A DNA stretch of 64,000 nucleotides from Octopus vulgaris (taxonomy: Eukaryota), in contig OX597817.1 of the NCBI GenBank assembly GCA_951406725.2, forward strand, positions 52,018,001 through 52,082,000, given 5' to 3'. The notes beneath the pieces were generated by a model. The model was given only the letters and a program-made list of their open reading frames with translations. It was not told the DNA's origin and searched no databases. Of the stretch, positions 37,734 through 50,317 are shown piece after piece. Both the position numbers and the translations under genes were made by a program. The first letter of the stretch is position 1. Each line of letters starts with the position of its first letter.

Positions 37734-37879
37734 GACGTAGCTTCTGAGAAAGTTCCATTTTTATAGATTTTAGATCATGAAGCTTTACATTTGAAATGGA
37801 AAAAACATGCAATGTGTGAACTTCGTGTGAAATAGCGCAGAGAACGACAATATTAGTTAAGAGGTGAGGAACGTGAGAA

Positions 37880-38112
37880 AGCGGCGAGGTGACAGAATCG
37901 TTAGCACGCCGGGCGAAATGCTTAGGGGCATTTCGTCTGCGGCTACGTTCTGAGTTCAAATTCCACCGAGGTCGACTTTGCCTTTCATCCTTCCGGGGTC
38001 GATTAAATAAGTACCAGTTATGCACTGGTGTCGATATAATCGACTTAATCTGTTTGTCTGTCCTTGTTTGTCCTCTCTGTGCTTGTTTGTCCCTTGTGGG
38101 TAGTATAGAAGT
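37880..38112 (+). mobile_element. SINE family A
   Basis: TSD AGGTGAGGAACGTGAGAAA on both sides. Confidence 0.88.
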
Positions 38113-39199
38113 AGGTGAGGAACGTGAGAAAACAAAAACCGGTGTGTTATAAAACAATGAGGAAAAGTAAATATTTAGATTGGATTTAAAGAAAAGACAG
38201 CTGTGTTGGTATTTTAATAGTTTAAGGTGCAGTCTGTTTAAACAGTGAAATAATAACGAGAGCTGGTATGTTGTTATATAATGTATGGACAATCTACTGG
38301 TTTGTACCATACGGGGTGTCAGGACCGGCTCAAGGTACTGGCAACTCGAACAGTCGCCCAGGGCGCCACGTGCTAGGGGGCGCCAAGGAGGACGTGACAC
38401 AGACAAGGAAATTTCGACGACTGTCAGCTTGTACTCGCCGAAGTTCAGCTTGCTCAGGGCGCGAATTTTTTTCCCACGCGAGTTCCGGAGCCCAGTTATA
38501 AATTCATTTGCATATCGTCAATCAGAGCTCAACTATCAAACTAATTCATGAGCGCATAACAAGATAAGGTCCCTTGGGTAAGGAATGACCATGCTTCTTT
38601 TCTCTTTTAAGAATGCGTGTTGTTCTTGTTCTTGTTTCAACCACGGCTGCCTCTGCATAATTATTTGTGGGAGGAGGGTAGCTAGCACATCACCCTCTAC
38701 CCACAATTTTCACATCCAAATCTTTACCATATGGGGCCCTAACAAAAATCGATAATAAATGTAGATGCAAATCTCGTTCTAAAATCAGGCATAACTTGGC
38801 GAGGGGTTACAACACCGTTGTTACAATTACTGGCTATTTTTCAGAAACCATTACAGGTCTGTACGACCAGGGCTAACCTTTTTTGTAGAAGACATTTGCC
38901 CAAGGTGCCACGCGGTGGGACAGAATCCGAAACCCATGTGGTTGGGACGCAAACTTTTTACTACTCTACGTGTTTTTTTTATAACTGAAAACTTATTTTC
39001 AAGACATAGTTTGACTAATTTTGGCTGCTGTCAGAAAAACAAGGAGTGGAACTGTAAAATCTTAGTGTCAACTTTTCTTTGTGTAATTAGCTGATGTAAT
39101 TAGCGAATGCCTGGAGCATTTAAAGTTGTTGCTTCAAGGCGGATTCGATAAATGACATTTACAAGAGAGACGTTTATAGGACAAAGAGAGCGAGAAGGG

Positions 39200-39200
<1 letters not shown>

Positions 39201-39283
<83 letters not shown>

Positions 39284-39320
39284 GGTGGTGGTGGTGGTGG
39301 TGGTGGTAGTAGTAGTAGTA
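39201..39320. repeat. (GTA)n(GTG)n(GTA)n microsatellite
   Basis: Direct reading. Confidence 0.95.
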
Positions 39321-40186
39321 TATTTCAAAATAGTTAGCAAATAACATAAAATATATCTGTAGCAGACGAGAATCGTCCACCAGTTGTGGTAGAAATACTA
39401 CACACGCATTTCTGCCGTTTCGGGGCTTCGTCAGCAGCAACCGCATGCTAAGATAAAATCCGTTGTCGCTGGTTTAGAAAAACAGAGATTGAAAAACAAC
39501 TGATGTTGCAATTAGCCAGCCGGTTGAATAAAAATCCGTTCTTTATTATATAAAATCCGTTCTGTCTGTCTGTGTGTCTTCTAGGATCTCGGGCATCCTC
39601 TATCCGATTGCGCTCAAATTTGATATGTAGATACCGACGGTATCAGGGTGTGTATAAGTCTTGAAAAATTACAAAAATCGATTCCAGGTGAGAATGCGAT
39701 CGATAAAGCCGTGGGAACGTACATTTGTACGCGCAAGTACATCAGCTGTTATATAAAATCCGTTCCGTCTGTCGGAAATTATTTTACCTTAACTTGGTTT
39801 CTTTCCTGCCAAGCTTACTGTTTAAACCATGTTTGTGTTCTCCCAGTCAACAGCCTTATCATCACTAGTACTTTAAACTCTTCGGTTGCATATTTGTGTG
39901 AATAAAATCGTTTTCCTTTGGAATAGAAAAAAAGTCTATCTTTATTTCTTCTTTTGCTGGTGTCTCAAATTTAGGTTAAATCAGTGTTTCTCAAAGGGGA
40001 GACCTATGGGAAGGTCGGACAAGTTGTTTTGAGAAAATTTGGTTTAAATGTTTGACAACTCAGCACCGTCCATTGGACGTGGGGGGGGGGGCGTTTTGCT
40101 CGTCCTATTATAAAGACAAACTCGATTTCAAAATCGTGTTAGCAGTGTCTGCACTATTTCAACAAAAGAAAGAACATTCATATATA

Positions 40187-40421
40187 TAAGGTGGCCCAAA
40201 AGTCACTAGACCATTTCAAAATATTATAACCCTTTTATTTATTAAATATTCACATTTATTTTTTTCCTATATAAATAATAAATCTTGGAAAACATTTTTA
40301 ATTAATTTTGAAAATTACGTCCTTCAAACGGCCACCATTTTGTTCTAGACAACTGAAAGAATTAATTTTTCAAAATGTTATTACATCTTGAAATGGTCCA
40401 GTGACGTTTGTGGCCACCCTC
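40187..40421. mobile_element. Tc1/mariner-like MITE
   Basis: Imperfect ~30-bp TIR AGGTGGCCCAAAAGTCACTAGACCATTTCAA / TTGAAATGGTCCAGTGACGTTTGTGGCCACCCT next to (TA)n. Confidence 0.65.
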
Positions 40422-40678
40422 AATTTGTCTTGTTTAATAATTGAATATTTATCCTAAAGAGGTGATTTGATGAACTTTCAGCAAATATTTTAGAATTGTA
40501 GACAGTTGTGTTGAGTGGAGTTTACACAAACAAAATATCGAAAGCAGTTAATGAATTAAAAAGTAGTGTGTTTTAAAATATCAATAGAAATGCTGAAACG
40601 CTGATAGGTGTATGCACGGAAGATCATTTCGTAATTTACTTCAGTATAAGGACTAATTAAAATAAAATTAAAAACAAT

Positions 40679-40756
40679 TCTTGCGAGACGGACTCTAACC
40701 AATGACATAACGATGGCAAATATTTACTAATTGAGCACTAATTAAGCAATCACAAG
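40679..40756 (-). pseudogene. Highly decayed tRNA-Tyr remnant
   Basis: tcttgcgagacggactctaaccaatgacataacgat aligns to the 3' exon; actaattaagcaatcacaag aligns to the 5' end with CpG-type decay. Confidence 0.7.
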
Positions 40757-41474
40757 AACATCTGAGGATTAACAAACGATACCATTCCTCTCTCTATCAC
40801 ATCAAAATGATTCTATCAATATCTCAATACTGAAATTCTTTACAAAGACACAGTACTGAACAATACGGTTATTCGGCAAACTTTTGACTCGAAAATCACA
40901 AATCTTTTTAGCTGAGACCTTGGTAATTTTCTTGACATTATGTTTCCCCCAAATGAGAAAAGGTTTCATTATAAGAAATAGTGCAATATATCCCACTGGG
41001 ACATTATCGAACTAAACTGATCCAACGGAGCCAAAATTAATCTGGCGGTTCTCGTTAGCCGCTGCTCGGACGATATCCGTCTCCCTCCGATATATACATA
41101 GTGTTTTTAACACAGCACGTCCGTAAGAGACGAATACCGCAGTAAATTTGTCTTTCAACAATTTATTAACATTAAGTATAAAATATAGATGGCAGTCCTC
41201 TAGCGCAACTCAGTCACAGATGTTGCGTGCTTTTTAGTTAAAACTATGACTTTGAATCTGCCAAGGATGATCTCTCTTCAGTATTTCACACCGAGGAAGG
41301 TTAAATAGCCATAAATGCTTTTCGTAATCTGCTGGGGGAAAGGACTGGGCAGATCTGGTGTTCTTACACCTTTTTACCATAACAGAACATTTCTTCTCCA
41401 CAGTTACTGCAGTAAATTTGCCCTTAGTTCAAATATGTCGCAAATATATTTTAACTAGCGTAAAGCTTGTTTAT

Positions 41475-41993
41475 GTGGAGGCGCGTGGCTTAGTGGTTAG
41501 GGTGTCAGCATCATGATCGTAAGATTGTGGCTTCGATTCCAGGACCGGGCGACGCGTTGTGTTCTTGAGCAAAACACTACATTTCACTTTGCTCCAGTCC
41601 ACTCAGCTGGCAAAAATGAGTAACGCTGCGATGGACTGGCGTCCCGTCCAGCTGGGGAACACGTACGCCATTGAAACCGGGAAACCGGGCCCATGAGCCT
41701 GGCTAGGCTTGAAAAGGGCGCATTTATTTTTTTGTGGAGGCGCGTGGCTTAGTGGTTAGGGTGCCAGCATCATGATCGTAAGATTGTGGCTTCGATTCCA
41801 GGACCGGGCGACGCATTGTGTTCTTGAGCAAAACACTTCATTTCACGTTGTTCCAGTCCACTCAGCTGGCAAAAATGAGTAACGCTGCGATGGACTGGCG
41901 TCCCGTCCAACTGGAGAACACATACCCCTTTGAAACCGGGCCCATGAGCCTGGCTAGGCTTTAAAAAAGGGCGCATTTATTATTATCTTTTTT
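41475..41993 (+). mobile_element. Head-to-tail dimer of tRNA-derived SINE family C (V-SINE-like)
   Basis: Units 41475-41733 and 41734-41993; A box TGGCTTAGTGG, B box GCTTCGATTCC; outer TSD TAAAG(C/T)TTGTTTAT. Confidence 0.88.
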
Positions 41994-42480
41994 TAAAGTT
42001 TGTTTATTCCTCATCACTGTTTGGTGCTGATACCGCTATTTAAAATATTTCTTTACTATCGTTCAACACAAACTCATTTTATACATCCATTACTGTGAAT
42101 TCACCTAATTCTATTATTATATCATTCCTTAAAACTGACTGTATTCTTGATCTCATTAACATATTAATTAATCGTCTTTCTCTCTGTTATTACTCTACTG
42201 CTGGAGCTACTCAATCTACACAAATTAATGTAAACACCACCATAACAGTATTTATACAGTGTGGAACGGGGGTATTTTATTTATTTATGAAAGGTGACCC
42301 AGTCTCATTAACTTTACCCCCGTCTTTACATGAGTGGGAATAAATTTGTATTATTTGTGTTATGCACATATGCGTGGATTTATGCATACATACCTGGGTG
42401 TATGCATACGGGTAGATACACAGTCACACGAGCGCATCGAAATATTATTTGTGCAAATGTATATTTGTGTGTGCGTACTC

Positions 42481-42722
42481 TTTACTTTCTTTTACTCTTT
42501 TACTTGTTTCAGGCATTTGACTGCGGCCATGCTGGAGCACCGCCTTTAGCCGAGCAAATCGACCCCCAGAGCTTATTCTTTGTAAACCTAGTACTTATTC
42601 TATCGGTCTCTTTTGCCGAACTGCTAAGTTACGGGGACGTAAACACATCAGCATCGGTTATCAAGCGATGTTGGGGGGACAATCACAGACACACAAACAT
42701 ATACACACACACATAAATATAT

Positions 42723-42779
<57 letters not shown>

Positions 42780-42933
42780 CGACGGGCTTCTTCCAGTTTC
42801 CGTCTACTAAATCCACTCACAAGGCTTTGGTCGGCCAGAGGCTATAGTAGAAGACACTTGCCCAAGGTGCCACGCAGTGGGACTGAACCCAGAACCATGT
42901 AGTTGGTAAGCAAGCTACTTACCACACAGCCAC
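42481..42933 (-). mobile_element. CORE-type SINE family B, full-length, with internal (TA)n
   Basis: Reverse complement GTGGCTGTGTGGTAAGTAGCTTG...GGGTTCAGTCCC...ACCTTGGGCAAGTG; a second older copy follows at ~42937-43290. Confidence 0.88.
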
Positions 42934-43290
42934 ACGAGTTTCAGTCATTCGACTGTGGCCATGCTGGGGCACCGCCTTGAATAGTTTTAGTCGAACGAAT
43001 CATCCCCGCTACCTTTTTTTAAAGTCTGGTACTTACTCTATCGGTGTATTTTACCGATCCGCTAAGTTGCGCGGATGCAAACACACCAACAGCGGTTATC
43101 AAGCGGTGGTGAGGACAAACACAGAGGCACACATATATACATAATGCGCTTCTTTCGGTTTCCGTCTACCAAATCCACTCACAAGGTCGACTGAGGCTAT
43201 ATTAGAAAGCACTTGCCCAAGGTGCCACGCAGTGAGATTGAACTCGGAACCATGTAGTCGGAAAGCAAACGTCTTACCACACACCCACGC

Positions 43291-43747
<457 letters not shown>

Positions 43748-44596
43748 CAGACCGACAATGGAATCGTTAGAAAGGGTTCACCGGGTGGAGAACAGTACAT
43801 ACCTGGGCATTCTTTCGATATAGCTCGACAAAATCAAAACCTTTCACTTCGGGTATTTCTGTGGTTTGTGGAGGATAGATATAACGAAATTATGCCAGCA
43901 ATGTCGCATTTTAAACTTGAAGACAAAAAAGCTTTGCATATTTGTTCGTACCTGTTTCATGTGTGTATGTAAAATCCGTAAATTTCTAAGCAGAATCGAG
44001 CTGTCATTTGCTTCCACGGGAATACCTGAAGGAAAATGTTTTAATTTTGTCGAGTTACATCGAAAGAATGCCCATAAGAATGCTTCTTAATTTCCAGATT
44101 ATATGTTGTGTATGCTCAATATCTACAAATGCAGACAATTATTGATAGTCGATCTTTATTAAATTTCTATCAATAAAATATTTAATTGTTTATTATAATT
44201 ACTCATGCATATTTTATTCAATCCTCATAAGAAAACACAACTAGCAAACTCGCTTGCTTTGCTGCGCTGGGGAAACGTTTATAGAATTGATTTGCTTCTG
44301 GTTGATCAGACAATGGCGAATGATTTGACATCCAGAAACGTTTGCAATGCATAGATTTATGGCGTATGGGTTTGTCAGATGTGAAGGTCGGTGTATCGGC
44401 AGGGTAAGATGTCGCCTTTTCAGTTCGTAAATTAATATCCCATTGCTGCAGCAGGAATTGTGTTTTTATTATGCTTTCTGCATTTGAAACAGTTCAATAC
44501 ATAGAAATATATAAAATAAATAATAAATGACATATGATGGATGATGATGCAATAGAAGTGATATAACCCAGAACAGAAAATATAAGAAATAATACA

Positions 44597-45109
44597 TCTC
44601 TATATATAAAACTGTAGTTGTGTGAGTGTCTGTCCCCTTCGATTTAGATTCCTAACTACTCCCACATTTTGCGGTGCAGTTTAACCAAATTCGGGTATCT
44701 TATAGTCGTGATTCATATCAAGCCCGTCTGAGTATTAGCGCGCGTCTACGATGAGTCTACGATTTTAAAAATAATTTAACATCATTTTTTATTCCATTTT
44801 AATGCATATTTTTTCGTGTGTCGATGGCGGCGGAGTTGGCGTCCATGGTCACACTTGCACCTGTGTTGCTTCTCCCTCTTCTTCCCTCCTTCGTGAAGCT
44901 GTGGGGAAGGGAGTGTAAGGAAATCAACGTCGTAAAGCGTTGTCAAGGAGACCAGCGTTCTTTTAGAACAACGACTTCATGGTTGAAGACACCAAAACAG
45001 AAATGGCTAAGAAAGCCCGAATTGGCATCTATAAGGGAAGTAACTCTCTAAAAATGCTTATATAGTTATTTCCCTTACAAACCCGAGCAACGCCGGGCGA
45101 TACTGCTAG
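44597..45109 (+). mobile_element. Non-autonomous Helitron-like element
   Basis: A|TC start, CTAG|T end, subterminal hairpin CCCGAGCAACGCCGGG, no TIR. Confidence 0.8.
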
Positions 45110-45219
45110 TATAAAATAAATAATAAATGACATATGATGGATGATGCAACAGAAGTGATATGACCCAGAACAGAAAATATAAGAAATAATACATTATATA
45201 TAAGCTTGATCATTGGCTG

Positions 45220-45291
45220 AACAGAGTGGCGCAGTAGAAGCGCGCTGGGACCATGATCCGGAAGTCCATAGGCCGAAGCTATAATCTGAGA
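45220..45291 (+). pseudogene. Initiator tRNA-Met(CAT) pseudogene
   Basis: AACAGAGTGGCGCAGTAGAAGCGCGCTGGGACCATGATCCGGAAGTCCATAGGCCGAAGCTATAATCTGAGA, 72 nt, gap-free against metazoan tRNAi-Met but stems and B box are broken. Confidence 0.8.
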
Positions 45292-45594
45292 ATAAATGGA
45301 TGCTATTTTTTATATTTATATATCGCCAACCATATATTTCACAGGGATAGGCATGTATTAATACAGAGGTAGGGGCTAATTATATCATGCAATAGAAATT
45401 TATACATGTTTAAGGGGTCACCAACTGACAGACATACATGAAAACCTAAATAGCGGAGTGGCACAAATGACAAAATCAACAGGACTTTTCCGCCTAGTGT
45501 GTGTGTGTGTGAGACTAAATATAAAATGTATAAAGTCCAAGAGCAGATTGTAACTATTCAGTCTTAGGGTTTATTTGACAGCTTCGTGATTGTT

Positions 45595-45688
45595 CTCGCG
45601 ATAGCTCAGTTGGTAGAGCGGAGGACTGTAGTAATTGATTAAAAAATCTGACATCCTTAGGTCGGTGGTTCGAATCCGTCTCGCGAGA
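45595..45688 (+). tRNA. tRNA-Tyr(GTA) with 21-nt intron TAATTGATTAAAAAATCTGAC
   Basis: Intact exons; T7 terminator. Confidence 0.96.
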
Positions 45689-45760
45689 GTAGCTTTTTTT
45701 CATTTTTTTTTTTTTTTACTCAGTATTTTTGTTCGTAAACATTTCTCAAATTTCTTCGCC

Positions 45761-46116
45761 GAAATTTAATATTAAAAAAGCAAAGAGCTGGCAGAAACGT
45801 TAGCACGCCGGGCGAAATGCGTAGCCGTATTTCGTCTGCCGTTACGTTCTGTGTTTGTTTACAGTTTTCCGAACGTTAAAAGCGCTTTCTACGTCACACT
45901 AATAGAATGCAGTCAAGTTTTACACATGAAAACAAACAATCTGATTGGTTAAAATTCGCAGTTTTAATCTACGATTAAAGTCATAAAATAGATTTTTCTC
46001 AAATAAACTAGTTCCAACCTGTGTCTTGTTTTGCTAGACTCTATCAGCATACGAAGTTTCAGATTATTTAGTTAAGTAGAAAGATCTGTGGTCCTGGCTT
46101 CAGAATAGAAAAGATC
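45761..46116. mobile_element. Right-end fragment of the 1515-2403 element
   Basis: Near-identical to 2037-2403 including captured SINE A head and TIR. Confidence 0.88.
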
Positions 46117-46223
46117 CCAGCCGAACAGTAGAGCATTATATATAATACATGCGTACTGGTTAACAAAGAGTATAAATATTATATCAAGAGGGTCATTATG
46201 CCAATAATAAACACACGCACTAA

Positions 46224-46615
46224 GTCGGTAAGCTGGCAGAAACGTTAGCACGCCAGGCGAAATGCTTAGCGGTATTTCGTCTGCCGCTACGTTCTGAGTT
46301 CAAATTCCGCCGAGGTCGACTTTGCCTTTCTTCCTTTCGGGATCGATAAATTAAGTACCAGTTACGCACTGGGGTCGATGTAATCAACTTAATCCATTTG
46401 TCTGTCCTTGTTTATCCTCTCTGTGTTTAGCCCCTTGTGGGTAGTAAAGAAATAGGTATTTCGCCTGTCTTTATGTTCTGAGTTCAAATTCCGTTGAGAT
46501 CGACTTTGCCTTTCGGGGTCGATAAATTAAATACTAGCCGCGTATTGGGTCAATCTAATCGAATGGCCTCCTCCCACAAAATTTCGGGCTTTGTGCCTAA
46601 AGTACAAAAGAATAA
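46224..46615 (+). mobile_element. SINE family A with duplicated body
   Basis: Family A consensus; a similar copy lies at 47366-47757. Confidence 0.85.
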
Positions 46616-48384
46616 ACACACGCACCGCTTCATCTTACACCAGATGACTTATTCTGATTTATTTTTAGTATTATCTGCCAGGCTGTCTTTACTGGTTTCA
46701 CCCCCAAAAGAGCCTGACCCTCTTTCTCCAACGTCACCATAAGCACCTCATCATTTGTACGTGGAAACTATACCATCAATATTGAGTAAATAATGTTAGT
46801 ATCAAGTTTAAAATTTTCTTAAGGCTGGGACCCGATACAAAAACCAAATTCACAGCATATTCCTTTCATTTCCACTTTAACCATTAAATATGCAGATAAC
46901 GATGCAAGCGCCACCTTTTGGTAAAATTACATCGTAGATGGAGGTCATGGCTAGTATTCCTTTAATCTTCTATGCTTCTTCTGCGTGGCTTATAAAGGAA
47001 TACAAACCGATATGAGTAAGAGTGAAATCCAATTGTACAAAATACGTATCTCCCCAATATCTCGAAATGATAAAAATATATGGCTGACTTAGCGGGACTT
47101 CAACCCAGATCACAGATCTCCAGAGCAATTAGTACAAGGTATCACTTCCTGGTGCTCTAATAAGTTCGCCAATCATCATACCAAGATGAATGAAAATTGA
47201 AGTTAACTTCGGCGGCAATTGAACCCACCCCACAGATAGCTGGTAGAAATAGCGAAAGGCTTCAATGCCTGACGCTGTAAAAAGTTTGTTAACCCAGCAA
47301 CCAGAACCATATGGTTTTACGATAACAATGAATAATCAAACAATAATGATAATTTCACTCATCTCAGGGTGGCGAGCTGGCAGAAACGTTAGCACGCCGG
47401 GCGAAATGCGTAGCCATATTTCGTCTGCCGTTACGTTCTGAGTTCAAATTCCGCCGAAGTCAACTTTGCCTTTCATCTTTTCGGGGTCGATAAATTAAGT
47501 ACCATTCACGCACTGGGGTCGATGTAATCGACTTAATCCGCTTGTCTGTCCTTGTTTGTCCTCTCTGTGTTTAGCCCCAGAAATAGGTATTTCGTCTGCC
47601 GCTACGTTCTGAGATCAAATTCTGCCGAGGTCGACTTTGCCTTTCATCCTTTCGGGGTCGATTAAATAAGTACCAGTTACGCACTGGGGTCGATATGATC
47701 CACTAAATCCGTTTGTCCCCTCTGTATATAGCCCCTTGTGGGCAGCAAAGAAATAAATATTTTCACTCATCCTTCTTGAATTTTTTTCTGTTTAGCTACA
47801 CCAGTGGAGATTTTTATTTTTTGGGAATTTTCAGGAAACTTTGTCGAATTGTATTCTACACGCGGGAATACATACGATTATGCAAAAACAAAACAAAAAA
47901 GTTTTCGCGCGTGATTTAAGGCCTATTTAGCCGTTATGTTTAGCATATTTCGTACTGCATGCTTTGAGCATTTAATAAGCGACAAAAAGAACACGTAGAA
48001 GTAGCTTAGCTTGTTACTATGGAAACAACCACCTATATGTCTGTGACTTTCGACTGACTAAAATTAACCAAAATCTGAAAACTTTAAAAGCTGATAACTC
48101 TTTGATTTAGGGCGAAAATGTATTTCATGTTAATGATTAGCATACAAAACTACACCAATACACCAAATATAAAATCAATTAGAACAAAAATTGAAGTAAT
48201 TGAAAAGTGGCAGTCAAACAGAAAAGATCTCCCTGTCTCCAATGCGAGGTAGTAAAAGAGTCAGGACCCATGCTCACGTCCCCACTCAACCTGACCTCTA
48301 ACTACTTTACTTCACCCTTCACAAAGCCCTTTACATACCCGAATGTCCAATGGTCCAACCAGAATGCTAAGCCATACTACGAAT

Positions 48385-48700
48385 GCGTAGGAGTGGCTGT
48401 GTGGTAAGTAGCTTCCTTACGAACCAAATGGTCCCGGAATCAGTCCAACTGCGTGGCACCTTGGGCAAGTGTCTTCTACTATAGCCTCGGGCCGACCAAA
48501 ACCTTGTGGGTGGATTTGGTAGATTTCTTGAAATCTATCCGGTACTTCCGGTACCTATACCGAAGTTACGCCAATACATGGGTTGAATAAGTAACATGCT
48601 TAAGAAATAACGTACTGGGGTGGATTCACTCGATTAAAAATTCTTGAAGACAGTGCTTCAGCATGGCCGCAGTTTAATGAGCGAAACAAGTAAAAGATAC
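48385..48700 (+). mobile_element. CORE-type SINE family B
   Basis: GGAGTGGCTGTGTGGTAAG head, ACCTTGGGCAAGTG core. Confidence 0.8.
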
Positions 48701-48994
48701 GATATAAATAAACATTTTTTGACAGAAACTTATCAAAGATCAGATAATAAGAAATGTCTGCTCAGCGCATTAAATATGATTTTTTTTATTAAAAGGAAAA
48801 CAGGATATTAAGGAGTAGGTACGTAGTGTGTTCTACCTTGCGTACCTTAGCTACAATTTCTCTTACTGTTTGCATGTGTGTGCGGGTGTGTGCGGGTGTG
48901 TCTGTGTGTGTGTGTGTGTGTGTGTGTTAATGTATACATATAGGATTGTGTGTCATCTCTAAATGAAACAAAACTTTTTGTGTCGATCGATAAG

Positions 48995-49226
48995 GGTACT
49001 ATTTAAGAAGAGTGGTCCCGGTGCGCGCACTCGCGTACTCGCTAGCTAGTCGTGACTAGTCGATCCTACAACGACTTCCTAGCAAAGTAAATAAAACACA
49101 AAATAAATAATTTTTTTACACAAAGTAAATAAAACGCAAAAATACAAAGTAAGGATCGACTAGTCACGACTAGCTAGCGCGGATGCGCGAGTACGCGCAC
49201 CGGGACCACTCTTCTTAAATAGTACC
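48995..49226. mobile_element. GGTACT-terminal MITE
   Basis: ~70-bp TIRs; 8-bp TSD TCGATAAG/TCAATAAG; ends 133 bp upstream of tRNA-Tyr. Confidence 0.9.
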
Positions 49227-49358
49227 TCAATAAGTCTTGTCAGTCCTGTATAAAATAGACGCGAGGTTAATTGATGCTAAGTAAGAAAATGAGTAATATT
49301 CAAGATTAGATTGCACCAATTTGGCTCTTAGTATTAATTTGACAAATTGTCAATTGTT

Positions 49359-49451
49359 CTCGCGATAGCTCAGTTGGTAGAGCGGAGGACTGTAGTCTGA
49401 TCTTAAATGCCTGTTATCCTTAGGTCGATGGTTCGAATCCGTCTCGCGAGA
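49359..49451 (+). tRNA. tRNA-Tyr(GTA) with 20-nt intron TCTGATCTTAAATGCCTGTT
   Basis: Intact exons; T5 terminator. Confidence 0.96.
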
Positions 49452-50317
49452 TTCTTTTTATTTTGTTTTCTTTGGCAGATTCTTCCTTTTTCTTTTTCTT
49501 TTTTTTTTTTACTCAAGTTTTTGGCTCAAACCTTTATAAAACAATAGAACAATGGAATATTCCACAGAATAATACACACTTGCCAGTTTGCGAAGAGACG
49601 AAAACCCTTCGAGGCGGTGCCCCACCCAAAAGATAAAATATAAAACCAGAAAGTTACAAATTTAGAGGCAAGTATGGAGTCATGGAATAAATCGATTCTA
49701 GTGATTGACAGAGGGTTTATCTTCACCCTTTTGCATTTAAACTGGCCCGAATCGGCCCAGATATCCTACCAGTTTTTTGTTTAACCCATCCAGACCTGAA
49801 TCGACCACAGTATTTCTTTTTTTTTTTTTACAGTCTAGTACTTATTATTCTATCTGTCGCTTTTGCCGAATAATAGTGGTGGCCTGGAGGATCAGTTGGT
49901 GCGTCGGACAAAATGCTTAGCGGTATATCCGGTTCTTTGCGAACTGTTTTTTTAAATTCCGCCGAAGTCAGCTTTGTCTTTCATCTTCTTCAGGTCGATG
50001 GAAATACGTACCACCCAAGTACAGGGGTTAGGGTTAGTACCACCCAAGTACAAGGGTTCGATGTAATCGACATACCCCCTACCCCGCAAAACTGCTGGCC
50101 TTGTGTCAAAATAAGAAAGAATTAGTATTATTAGTCAATTTATTAACTGACCAAATCTTTAATTGTTCAACCAATTATTATTGCTTATTATTGGCATAAT
50201 GGTCCTCCCAAGAACAGCGCAGGATCATAGCCAAACGGAAGGAAACCCTGAAGTACTGGGACCTAACCGTGAACTCTCTCTTCCAAGCTGTAGCGTTTGA
50301 AACATGGGGCAATCTGC

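Noticed and set aside
37711-38406. 231-aa ORF
   Set aside because: Spans an antisense SINE A and MITE flank; RPRKDERQSRPR peptides recur wherever SINE A occurs
41477-41550. tRNA-like cloverleaf as a true tRNA gene
   Set aside because: Acceptor stem does not pair and sequence continues into a repeated SINE body; same for 59229 and family A/B heads
45451-45470. AGCGGAGTGGCACAA as a second iMet fragment
   Set aside because: Too short and no downstream arms; may be chance
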